Below are positions 39,227 to 51,000 of a stretch of 64,000 nucleotides of DNA, in pieces; the stretch's first letter is position 1; each line of letters starts with the position of its first letter. Source of the stretch: Hemiscyllium ocellatum. Lineage: Eukaryota. Below the pieces are notes generated by a model. It was not told the origin of the DNA. It did no database searches and saw only the letters and a program-made list of their open reading frames with translations. The translations under genes and the position numbers were made by a program. The stretch covers positions 8,074,004-8,138,003 of the forward strand of contig NC_083402.1 of the NCBI RefSeq assembly GCF_020745735.1, written 5' to 3'.

Positions 39227-42200
39227 TAGTTCCCAGGCATCTCCTTGCAGCCTTTCTGCAATAAAGGCATAATGTTAGACAACGTCCAGTCCTCCAGCAC
39301 CTTACCTTTGGATGCAGATGATGCAAATATCTCTGCTAGAGGCCCCATAATTTCTTCCCTAATGTGCCATAATGCCCTGGGATACACATGACCATGTCCT
39401 GATGATTAATCACCTTTATGTTTTCAGGAACTCCAGCATTTCCTCTTCTGAAATGTAGGCTGTTTTCAAGCCATCAATATTTATTTTCCCAAGCTCCATG
39501 TCTTAAAGAGTGACTTAAAAGGGGGAAAGAGAGTTGGAGAGGTTTGGGCAGGAATTCTCACAATCTTGGAGATTGAAAGTTAGGCACCAGTGATCTTAAT
39601 ATTACAGTCTGGTGAAACCACCACCAGTCATCTCTTGCTAATGAGAGATTGGCCCGATGCCCCCTGGGACTATGGTGAGTTTACATTTACAATAAGGGAT
39701 ATGGAGGGGCCAGATTTGGAAATATTGTGAGTATATGAAGATGACAGACCCAATGCTGTGGAAGAATTTGAACCTGAGGAGGATAATCTTTCATTTTATG
39801 TCTTTTTCAATTCACGAGCAGTTCTGGGCACCACACCTTGGGAAGGATATTCTGTACCGGGCCACCAATCAGCTCACACTACTCTGATGTGTGTACAAGC
39901 AGGCACCACAAGCAGGTTGATACAAAGGTGCCAGGATGGACGTCAGGTTATGTATGAACTTCCTGTAATAGATCACCAGCCCCTGGAACGACCCAAGCTG
40001 TGGTACTGATGTGGAAATTAGGGTCACCTCTGCCTGCCCTCTTCCAATGGGTGTTACCCAGTCTTATTGACTCTGTCGTTTAAGTAGGACACTCAGGGTG
40101 CCTGGATTCTATATTTACCCCTAACTAATTCACCTCACCTGCACATCTTTTGGATTGTGGGAGGAAACTGGAGCACTCAGAGGAAACCAAAGCAGACACA
40201 GGGAGAATGTGCAAACATTGCATAGACAGTCGCCCAAGGCTGGAATTGAATGCAGGCCCCTGGTGCAGTGAGGCAGCAGTGCGAAACACTGAGCCAAAGT
40301 GTCGCTCTAAACCTTTCTGATTCATGTCCCTGTACAAATTTCCTATAAATGTTGTAACTGTACCTGCATCTAGCATTTTTCTTCTGGCAGTCCATTTCAC
40401 ATACAAACCCCCCTCTGTGTGAATACTTGCCCATCATGTCCCTCTTCATTCTTTCTCCACTCACCTTAAAAATATGCCCCTTGCTTTGAACTCCCCCCAC
40501 TCTGAGACAAAGACCTTTGTTATTCACTGTCTGTGTTCTCCTCACGATGTTATTAACCTCGGGGATGATCACCTTGATGGGATTGCTCTATCTGCCCTCA
40601 ATAGACAGGTGGAAATTGAGGAACAAAAATGTCAAGAGATCTCAGCTCTATGTAAGAATAATAGGGTTGTAATAAAAGGCAATTTTAACTTTCCAGATAG
40701 AGACTGGCACTGCCATAGTGTTTGGTGCTTGGACAAGTGAGGAAATTGTTAAATGTGTTCAAGAAAATTTTCTGTCTCAATCTGTAGCTGTCCCTATCAG
40801 AGAAGGAGCAAAATGTGACATTCTCTTGGAAAGTAAGGCAAGCGACTGAAACGTTTGGGAGCAGTGATCATCATTTTGTTAGTTTTAGATTCGTTATGAA
40901 AAAGTATAGGCATTGTAAAGTAGTATATAATTAGAGTCAGGCAAAATTTGATGGCATGGGACAGGAACTTTCAAACTTGATTGGAGTAAACTGTTCACAG
41001 GTAAAGGGACGACTGGCAATAAGAGTTTGCAAAACTGAGATAATGAGAGTTCAGAGACATGATGTTCCTGTTACAGTGAAGAGTAAGCTGGTCGGAGTCT
41101 GGGATAATGGATGAACAAAGATATTGAGGCTATGCTCAAGAATAATAAGGAGTCTTTTATTAGGTATAGAAAACTGGGATCAAGCGAATCTCGTGAAGAA
41201 TATCATGCGTGTGTAGTGATTGTAACAAGGTCAGCCAGGTGGGCCTCACAGAATTTGAATACCCTAATTGGTGCAGGTAATCTGGTCCAATCAGGGAGTC
41301 CTGGCTGACAGAGAAGAACAGGAATGCTAAATATCCTGTTCACTCTGAGGGAGCTGGATCAATGCCAAGGACTCTCCACATGTAAATATGGGTTGACCTG
41401 GTGATGAAATACAAGCCTTTTAGTGGAATTATTTCAGTGACAACAGGGGTAAGATTAATAATGTAACCATGCAAAAGTGCCTACTCGCTTCAAACAAGCA
41501 GTACAACTGGCTTTACCAATGGAAAATGCAGCAAGTGGAGCAGATGAGAAATAGGATATTCCCCTGGAAGTGGGCACCCGCACCAGACCGACTGAGCTGA
41601 GGGAACCACCACCTGAGTGAAGGCAATTGCACAGCCTCACTCAGGACATATCCTGAATAGAGGGACTCCAGGTCAGCCCAGAGCAAAACCCCAAAACAAA
41701 GCCAAGCTCCAACCAAATAGTGACAAATTTCTCCAGGATCCAGGCTGGCACAGCATTGTAATTGCTGTAGGAATCAGGACTCGAGACAGTAAAAGAGTCT
41801 CATTCGACCTAAACTGAGTCAAAGAACTCATCAGTCAGTGTCCAGGAAAGTCCATCTAAATCTGGTGTAGAATAATTAATTTGTTTAACAACACCTAAAT
41901 CAGAACCAATCAAAATTGGAGTCTGGTTAAATGATGACCTATTCTGGTTGAGGTCAATACCAGAATGGCCGTTGCAGTGATCATACAACCAGTCTTTAAC
42001 AAAATTTGCCCTGGACTCCAACCCTTAGGTTTGTACAAGAGCTCAGCGAGATTGAGAACCTCATACCGGGAAACCTTTCCAAATTAAGGATACAACTTCG
42101 GTTCCAGTCTCTTATGAGAAGCAGCTGGTTCAGTGATCACTGATTGTAGTAAAGGGTTTGGACCCGAGCTTGATCAGGTGAGGTTGGTTGACAAAGAGTC

Positions 42201-44453
42201 ACCTTGCTTCATCAACATTTTTGAATAGAAAATGGCTGCCTGAATGAATACTCAATGAGTATTTATATGGTTAACCATTTGCTTAAAATCTCCACAAAGA
42301 TGAACCAACTCATTGGGTTTCATAACTGGTACGATAGGATCAAAAAACAGGAAATGTGGAGGACCCTGAAACTATGAACCATAAATACAATAGTCAGCAC
42401 CAAATCACCAAGGGATTCAGAAAAAGCTTCTCTGCAGGAAGTGGTTAGGATGTGGAACCTGCTCATACACCAAGTGGTTGACACAGTGACCATTGTTGTA
42501 CTGAAGGGGAAGCTTGATTGACACTTGAGGGAGGAAGCAACAGAGGGAAGTGCTGTCAAAGTGAGAGAAAGAAGGGTGGGGGGAGAACTTGAGTCTGGCT
42601 GTTGAAGTAACAACATGAAGATCTGAAAGCCCCTTTCCTAACCGTCCATTGACAGCCAGTGAAATGAGAGAGATAATGAGGTCCTTTGGCATTGGATTTA
42701 ATATTAAGAAAGCAGTCACATCCTTAACTAACTTGGTCGAAAAATAAACGAAAATGGAATGGGCTACAGAATGTTGCCAGACAGTCATTGCAAAACTGAA
42801 AGTAATTTTAACAAATAAATGTGTAATAACTGCACCGAACTTTAATAAAGCATTTCAATTAGCAGGAGATGTTTGTGATTTGGGGATTGGAGCAGTTCTC
42901 CTACAGGACAACGAGGCTGGAATGGAGAAACTTGTGGCTTATTTTTCAAAAAAGCTGGAATCAACATCAGAAAACCGACTTGACGATAGAAAAGGAAGTT
43001 AGCAGCTTTTCAACACTTTTTCTCCATGTTGAGTATATAATCTAATGAGACTGTCTCTTTTACTGATGGTAATCCACTGACATTTGGAGATGGAGTTTAG
43101 ATCTACAGCTGGAGAAGTGTGAGTGGACTGGAGGAAAGCTCATGTGACACCTTGATTTAAAAATTGAGCAAGGGATAAACCAGGTAGCTCCAGGCCAGTG
43201 AGTCTGAGCTCAGTGGTGGGGAATCCATTGGAAGCAATTTAAAGGGACAGAATTAATCTACACTTGAGGAGGCAGGGATTAATCAGAAACAGACAGCATG
43301 GCTCTGTTAAGGCGAGGGAGGCAGAAGATGGGAAATTATCTGCTGTTAGTCTGACCTCAGTTGTTTGTAAGATTTTAGAGAACATTACTAAGAATGAGAT
43401 TGCAGAGAACTTGGAAGTGCAGGATAAAATACAGCTGAGTCAGTATGGCTTCATCAAAGGCAGGTCATGCCTGAAATAAATCTGTTAGAAATCTTTGAGG
43501 AGGAAACAGGCAAGTTAGATAAAAAAGAACAAAGTTGGTCATTAATGAGAACATGACCGACTTGGATTTCCAGATGATCTTTGACAAGGTGTTTCAGTGG
43601 AAGCTGCTAAATAAGATAAAAGCCCATGGTGTTAGGGATTGGCGTGGTGTGACAATACTCAGACTTTCAGAGGTATATTTTGTCCTGGTATTTATTTTCC
43701 ATGAAAAGAGGTTGAGATAGAGGTGAAAAAAAGTCTGTTTCAAAACATTAAAGTAAACAGCTTGTGAGGCTTTGGGTGTTTTTTTTACAAGTTGAAACAA
43801 TAGAAGCACTCTGAACGAGTGGGGTTAAGCTCCTACATAACAAGGATTTCAGTTTAACTTTGAGAAGCTGCTGGGGTTTGGAAGCTGCTATACATTGCTT
43901 CCTGAAGGCAAATGGAATATTATCCTTCATTGTAAGAGGGATGGAGTTTAAAAAGATGGAGGTTATGCTGCAGCTGTATAGGGGGCTGGTGAGACCACAC
44001 CTGCAGTATTGTCTCCTTAATTCCGAAAGGATGCATTGGGACTGGAGATAGTGCAGGGGAGGTTCACTTGGTTAATTCCAGAATTGAGGGGCTTGGCTTA
44101 TGAGGGAAGATTGAGTCGGCTGAGACTACATTCATTGGGATTTAGAAGAGTGATGGGGGAATATTACAAAAATATGTAAAATTATGAAGGAAATGAATAA
44201 GGTAGAAGCAGGGACGTTGTTTCCACTGGTGGGTGAAACTAGAACTAGGGGGCATCAGCCTTTTGTTATAAAGCCTCAAATTATCTTGAGAATGTGACTT
44301 AAATACAGTTCTGGGTAATACACATTAATGAATCAAAACCAGCAAATCCATTCTAAAAGATGAAAGACTGGATAATCAAGGTTTGTTCAATGTATCGTTG
44401 TATCACTGTAATCTATTGACAGAAATTCTGTGTCTTATGGTCCTGTTTCACAC

Positions 44454-44488
44454 CACCTGATGAAGGAGCAGCGCTCCGAAAGCTAGTG
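44454..44488 (+). ncRNA. Minimal type I hammerhead ribozyme motif in a Penelope pLTR
   Basis: CAC-CTGATGA-A-GGAGC-AGC-GCTCC-GAA-AGCT-A-GTG: stem I CAC/GTG, stem II GGAGC/GCTCC, palindromic AGCT for stem III. The paralog at 22684-22718 has one stem II mismatch. Confidence 0.7.
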
Positions 44489-46097
44489 CTTCCAAATAAA
44501 CCTGTTGGACTATAACCTGGTGTTGTGTGATTTTTAACTTTGTCCACCCCAGTCCAACACCAGCTCCTCCAAATCTTGTAAATGAACTCTGTTTTATTTA
44601 AAACTAAATGTTTTGACCAGCCAATTCTCTCCTGCAATATCCACTTTACACCTGTTTAAAACAACGAGCAAAGTTAAGGTCTGGGCTCCCTTCTTAAAGG
44701 GTTTGAGGGATCTGGCCTGGTCCATAACAGAATGGGGACTCTGCAGGATTTGTTGTTTAGTTGCAAACTGGGATTAGAGCTGTTGAACTTGAAGGCAGCG
44801 AATGGTAAGTGTTAGTGTCTGTTGTTCTGGATGTTGGTTTTGGTTGGTGTTGCTTGGTGTAGTCAGGGCTCTTTCAGTCAGCAAAAATTTTCTGGGGCTG
44901 GAGGAAGTGACCTTGGGGGTTTTACAAAAAGGTGGTTAAAGCCAAGCTGTGGGAATGAGCAAACAAGCTGGAGTTGGAGCTGCCTCCTTCCGTGAGGAAA
45001 GGACAGATACTTACAGCAGGAGCTCAACATTTACATTTGTTGGAAACTCCTTCAGAATCTTTAGAGAGGCTAAAGTTCAGGTGAAAATGAAGCAGCTTGG
45101 GTTAGAGGCAAAAGGAAAAAACCCAAGGACAACCGAACCTTGTTAAAGGAGCAGCTCCTTCACAAAAGGAATTTCAGGTTATGGTCAGCAAGTGGGTAAG
45201 GACAGCGGAGTCCATGGAAAGGTCACCCATGGTCTTATTGGATGGTGGGGCAGGCTCAATGGGAAAACAGCTTCAAGGTAAGAAATAAAAGGTGAGAAGA
45301 GAGTTGAGGAGAGATACGTTTTCATACAGAGGGATTTAAGAGTTTGGCACTCACTGTCTGAAAGAGTGTTAGAGTTAGAAACGTGAGTAACATTTAACCA
45401 GTATTTTGGGATTTAGTAGACTTCCCATTTGCCTCTTCAGTAGCCTGCATCTCTGCTGTCTTACTTCTTTTTGATATTTTAAACTTCTGTCCAATTGACT
45501 TCCACCTCCCACCTCTACCCATCCCCCATTAATTAGTTTAAAATCCTCAAAACAGTTGGTAAAAAAGGCACAAAGATCAAGAGCTGTATTCTGGGGGAGG
45601 TCTCGTCAGATTTTTGCTAACTCACACACAAACGATGGTCCAAATGACCTCTTTCTATGCATTAAATGTCCAAGAGTCCGTGAATCGGTAATGAAACCTG
45701 AAAGTAATGAATCTTCACATGAGGAATAGTTAATTGTCACTGGCCGACAGTAATTAACACTCATCATATTGACAGAAGAGCTTTGAGGCAGAAACAGACA
45801 AGATGGAACTTTCTACACTGAGTTTAGTTTGTATCTACCAGAGAAAGGTTGTCACTGCACATCATTCAGGAAATCTCAATGGTCAACCAACTGCATGGTT
45901 TAGTTACAGCAAGTGGAACATTTTGACTTTCTGTGTTCTGTATTTGTAGTATTATTTGTAAGAAATTGAGGCATACACTTTTGTCTCATCATTGTCACTT
46001 CTCAATCAGTTCTGTCCCAGTATCTCTCTGAAACCTGGGTGTGCCTGCAGTGTTCTGTATCTCCCCTCACTCTCTGGAAGTGTTAGAAAGTACTTAC

Positions 46098-46161
46098 TGT
46101 AAGCCTGCACTGAGACTGACAGGAGGACTGCAGAAAGACAAACGTAGAGGGACTTCATCAT
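46098..46161 (-). CDS. Signal-peptide (leader) exon of a Siglec-15-like Ig-superfamily receptor gene
   Basis: Minus strand reads ATG ATG AAG TCC CTC TAC GTT TGT CTT TCT GCA GTC CTC CTG TCA GTC TCA GTG CAG GCT TAC A|GTAAGT = MMKSLYVCLSAVLLSVSVQAY. It has a basic n-region, hydrophobic core and V-Q-A cleavage motif, a consensus donor, and phase 1, matching all four downstream V acceptors. Too short for the ORF track. Confidence 0.85.
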
Positions 46162-46410
46162 CAATTCTTCACTCTTCTCCTTCTCCAGAAAAATATGAAG
46201 TTACTTGACGTCCTGTGCACCAATGAAGAAATGTTGATCAGTGTAAACGATCTGAAGCAGGAGGAGGAAGTCTGTATGTGGTCAGTAAGACCCGAGAGGA
46301 TGACAAAACTGTTGTAAAACTGAGGCACCAACCACAGCAACTGTTGAGAAAACAGGATGTTGCATCAGCTTCCAATACATTCCTCAAAATACTTAACGTC
46401 AACGTCAAAA
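46162..46410 (-). promoter_or_regulatory. Candidate 5'UTR/proximal promoter with haematopoietic-type motifs
   Basis: Directly upstream of the leader ATG. Motifs in plus-strand coordinates: TGACGTC 46206-12 (CRE-like), CCAAT 46220-24, GAGGAAGT 46264-71 (ETS/PU.1), TGTGGTC 46277-83 and AACCACA 46330-36 (RUNX), CAACTG 46338-43, tandem ACGTCA 46396-407. Motif match only. Confidence 0.55.
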
Positions 46411-47369
46411 ACTCTGAGAGCTTGGGCTGCACAGTGTTAACGACAAACTAAAGTTCACATCTCCATGAAAAAACAAACTCCCAGGACAGGGACAGTTAGA
46501 GAGAGAGTGAATTTTCTCAACTCTTTTAAACTGAAATTAATGTTCCCTCAACAGCGTCGCCACCAAGCCCTCATCGGGCACGAACAGCACAAGGGAGGAC
46601 ACTCAGGACACTCAGTAAAGACCCCTCTCTGCTGTCTTCATCAAATACTGTCAGGACACAAACAGTTCAATTTTAACTACAGAGTAAAGCTCTCTCAAAA
46701 CCGTCCCTATCAATCACTCCCAGTACAGTGACAGTCTGGGGTTGAATATGGAGTAAACATTCCTCTCAAAGACATCCAGGGCAGGGAGACCACATGGCCA
46801 GATTCAGAGTAAAGCTGTTCCCATCAAACACTCTGAGACAGTAACAGCACAGGATCAGATAAAGAGTTTAGCTCCTTCTCCCTGGTAACCCACGTCCCCC
46901 TGTATCACTGAAGGGAGAGGGACTGGACCCACAGATTCAGGCTGCTATCCTGGACCTTCCGTCCTGAACACACACCCTGGGGATAAGGGGTGAGCCAGGA
47001 TCACAGATCACTGGCTAGTTAAACACTAATCCATGTATAGACAGATGCAGATTCAATGAGACTGGTTTGAATTGACATAGCAGACTCACACAGACAATTA
47101 TTTTTAGTGCCATTAAAACCAACAGGATTTAACAGGACACCAAATTCTGTTGTGGTTGCTGAAGCCAGAGCATGGTTTGAATGTTATTTCTGCAGTTCCC
47201 ACAATTTCTTTCCCTGACACATTGGGCTGGACTTTCATTTGTTTTTGTCCAAGATGCACCAAGTGTTTTTGAGCATTTTTACCTTACTCATTCTGATTCC
47301 ATTACAAAAAGGCAAGGCTCACTGGGAGCACCCAGGGATATTGTTAGGGTGAGAATTGCAGGGGTTTGA

Positions 47370-48960
47370 CCGAGTTACACTAAAGGAATGACAGTATGTT
47401 TCCAAGGTAGAACAGTGGGTGGCTTGGAGGGTAACGGTAATCCAATGTATGTCCTACCCTTATCCTTCCAGATGGTCATGGGTTTGGAAGGTTCTGTCTC
47501 AGAGTCTCTGGTAACTTTCTGCAGTGCATCTTGTAGACAATACACACTGCTGCATTTGAGTCTCGGTGGTGGTTGGAGTGGATGTTTGTGGATGTGGTGA
47601 CATATAAGTGGGCTGATCTGTCCTGGACGGTGTCCTGTATCTTGAGTGCTGGTCAAGCTGCACCCATCCAGGCAAGTGGGCAGTATTCCAACACACTCCT
47701 GACTTCTGCCTTGTAGATGGTGGACCGGATTTTGGGAGTCAGGAAATGAGTTAACCATTGCAGTTTTCCGAGACTCAGATCTGCTCTTGTAGCAATTGTG
47801 TTTATGTGGCAAGTTCAGCTGAATCTTTGGTCAATGCTAATCCCAAGGGTGTTGACAGTGGGAGATTCAGTGATGGTAACACCATGAAATGTCAAGTGGC
47901 AGACTCTTATTGGAGATACTCATTGTCTGGTATTTGTGTGAGACAACTATTACTTGCCAACACAACCTGATATTGACACATTCTTGTTGCATTTAAAGTA
48001 TCAGAGAAGTTGCGAATGGTGCTGAACATTATGCAATCATTGGCAAACATCCTCACTTCTGACCTTCTGTTGGAGGGAAGGTCATTGATGAAGCAGCTGA
48101 AGATGGTTAGGCCAAGGAGACTACACCACACTAATGTCCTGAAGCTCAGATGATGGACCTCCAAAAACCAGAAACATTTTTTTGTGCGGGGATGACTCCG
48201 AACAGTGGAAGGTGGCCCCAATCCTCAAACACTCTCATTTTGCTCGGGCTCCTTGATGACACACTCAAAACAATGTGGGCTTGATATCAAGGGCAGTCAT
48301 TCCCACCCCACTCATGGAAGTCAGATCTTTTGTCCATATTGTCCAGGAGATGCCAGTGTTTTAACTGGATGGGCTTGACTCAGGAAGTGGCAAACAGAGG
48401 GGCACAAGCTTTTAGCATGATTACTAGAAAGTTCTCAGGCCTAAGCACTGTCCAGAGCCTCCAGCCATTTCTTGTGGAGTTTTCATGTGGAATAAATCCA
48501 ATTGGCTGAAGTCTAGTATCAGTATTGCTGTGAATCACTGGAGGAGGCCAGGATGGGTCACTCACTTGGCACTTTGAAGATTGCTACAAATGCTTCAGCC
48601 TTATCTTTTGCACTGATATATTGGGCTCTTCCATCATTGAAGACAGGGATAGTTCTGGAGTCACCTCTTCCATGACTGAGTGTGGCAGGACTGCAGAAAT
48701 TAGATCTGACTGTTGGTTGTGGAATCACTGAGCTATCATTTGCTCCTCATGCTCTTTGGCACGCAAGTCCGCCTGTTTGATTGCTTCTCCAGACCGACAC
48801 CTCAGTTATAGGTGTGCCTGTTGTTGCTCCTGGCATGCCGTCCTGCACACTCTATTGAACCTGGAGTAATCCCCTGGCTGAATGGTAATCCTTGAGTGAG
48901 GGAGCTGTCACACTCTGAGATTACAGATGTGCTGGAGTGCAATTTTGCTGCTGTTGATGG
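47370..48960 (-). mobile_element. Non-LTR LINE RT fragment, same family
   Basis: FSCFINDLPS..SEVRMFANDC, VRSAWEY-like and 3' motifs. Confidence 0.75.
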
Positions 48961-49859
48961 CCCACAGTGTCCCATGGATGTGCAGGCAGGAGTTGCTAGA
49001 TCTGTTCAAACTCTATCCCTTTTGACATGGTGATAGTGCCCCACAACATGGTGGAGGAGACCTTTTGTCAGGAAACAAACACGCGCGCGCACACACACAC
49101 TCATACACACACTCTCATAAACTAAACATTGGTCTTTGGGTGGGGGGATGCCCCATAAATCAGTTTCAATGGTCCCCTGTACACAAGACCTGCTGAGGTG
49201 CTTTTTGTGCTGATCAGAATGCTGATCCTTGGTCTTCCTGCTCCTGGTCAGTTATATCTGCAATAAAAAAAATTAAAAATGTCTGCAATAAACAGAAATC
49301 AGAGCAGCTCAGAATTATAATTTTTGTTTGAGGGGAATTACATGAAAGGGGAACATTTCCCCCAACAATTGTACATTTATTTTATTCATTGATAGGATGG
49401 GTGTATTACTGGTAGAAAGTGAGGACTGCAGATGCTGGAGATCAGAGCTGAAAAATGTGTTGCTGGAAAAGCACAGCAGGTCAGGCAGCATCCAAGGAGC
49501 AGGAGAATCGATGTATCGGGCATAAGCCCTTCTACTGGCCAGGCCAGCATTTATTGCCGCCCAGAGAGCAACCAAAACCCAACCATACTGTGGTGGGTCT
49601 GGGGTCAGGTATAGGCCGGTCCCTGTAATGATGGCATTTTCTGTCCATAAGGACATGACTGACCCAGATGGATATTTCCTGACAAGCGGTGATGGGTTTG
49701 TAGTCACAATTAGGCTCTTAATTACAAAATGTTTTGTATTTAAATTCTACCATCCCTTATGGTATAATTCAAATCCAGACCCCCAGAACATTACCTGGTT
49801 CGCTGCATTAACTGTCCAGCAATTTACCATGATGCTCTCACATCCCCTTTTCCCTCATT

Positions 49860-51000
49860 CTCTTCCTGACCGGGATAAATTCACTGGGAGAGACAAACTG
49901 GTGACTGACAGTCAGGTACCACCCAATAGGAACGTGGAGAATCTGTTTGTTTTCTGTTTGGTGCATAAAAGCAACACCCCAATGAAGCTGGGTAGGTTGG
50001 CAGACCAATGGCAGAGCATTGGAGGGAGGAGGTGAGGTTTGAAAGTCGTGGGATCAAACCCCCATGATCTGACTGGACAGCATTAGAGATACCAGGAACA
50101 AGGAAATGGGTTACAACCTCTGTTTTCTTATTCCGTGGGGCCAACTGTCCATGTCCGATAACATGGCCCCGGAACTTGACTTGAGCTTTTCCGAATTCAC
50201 TCTTAGCCAGGTTAATTACAGGGTCAGTCTCCAAATGTCAGTCAAATAATTCCAATCAATAAATGTTCCTTCCATGTGTAATTAAATATCACAAGGTCAT
50301 CAATGTATACCGCAAAATTCGGTTATTCAGAAATGACTTATTGGTTAGTCTTTGAAATGTGGCAGGAGCATTTTTCATCACAATTGTCATGCCTTTAAAT
50401 TGGTATTGTCCAATTGGTCGGGGAAAGTCAGGACTGCAGATGCTGGAGATCAGTGTCAAAAACTGTGGTACTGGAAAAGCACAGCGGTCAGACAGCATCT
50501 AAGGAGCAGGAGAGTCGGAGATTCGAGCATAAGCTGAATACTTCCCAGTTTATTCTCAAATATCTCTCCATGCGATAGTAATAACTCTCTCAGGTCATTT
50601 AAATTTTCCTCTGGAAGCTAACTCAATAGTTTATCCCAAGTTTTGAGATCTTCCTCATTGTCCAAATTAATTTGAGAGATGTCCAATTCAGAATCCTCTG
50701 AACTTGCTTCTTCACTCTGTGTTGTCACCAGTAACACCTTCTCCTTTTGCTTTCATTGCATATTGAAATACCTTGTGCACATAATCACCTGATACATTCT
50801 GTGAAATTTCTTTTCTATCTGGAACCCTTATCAAATAATTCACCTCACTCAATCTCCTTTTGATTTGTTAAGATCCACTAAACCTTGTTTTTTAAGGTTC
50901 ACCTCTCACTGGAAAAACACTGACACTTTATCACTTTGAGTAAAATTGCAATTTTTTGGTTTTCTTGTCTCCTTCCTGTTTCATCACATGCTGTGCTATT
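49860..51000 (-). mobile_element. Gypsy gag/RT remnant
   Basis: MKNAPATFQRLTN and INLAKSEFGKAQVKFRGHVIG. Confidence 0.75.

Larger units (their letters stand above)
29977..45670. repeat. Tandem segmental duplication, unit B (contains V1b and V2b)
   Basis: Homology starts at CAGGGCGAG..AAGTCCCACATGGC (1552/29977) and ends at CTCTTTCTATGCA.TAAATGT (~23400/45670). Unit B lacks A ~7070-10585 and A ~20230-20840. Confidence 0.9.

Noticed and set aside
46189-46460. Apparent plus-strand degenerate Ig V pseudo-exon (acceptor TTCTCCAG, MW..RP....KLL, LKILNV...C followed by CACAGTG)
   Set aside because: It needs several frameshifts and stops, has no nonamer at 12 or 23 nt, and the same bases are better explained as the promoter/5'UTR of the clean minus-strand leader.
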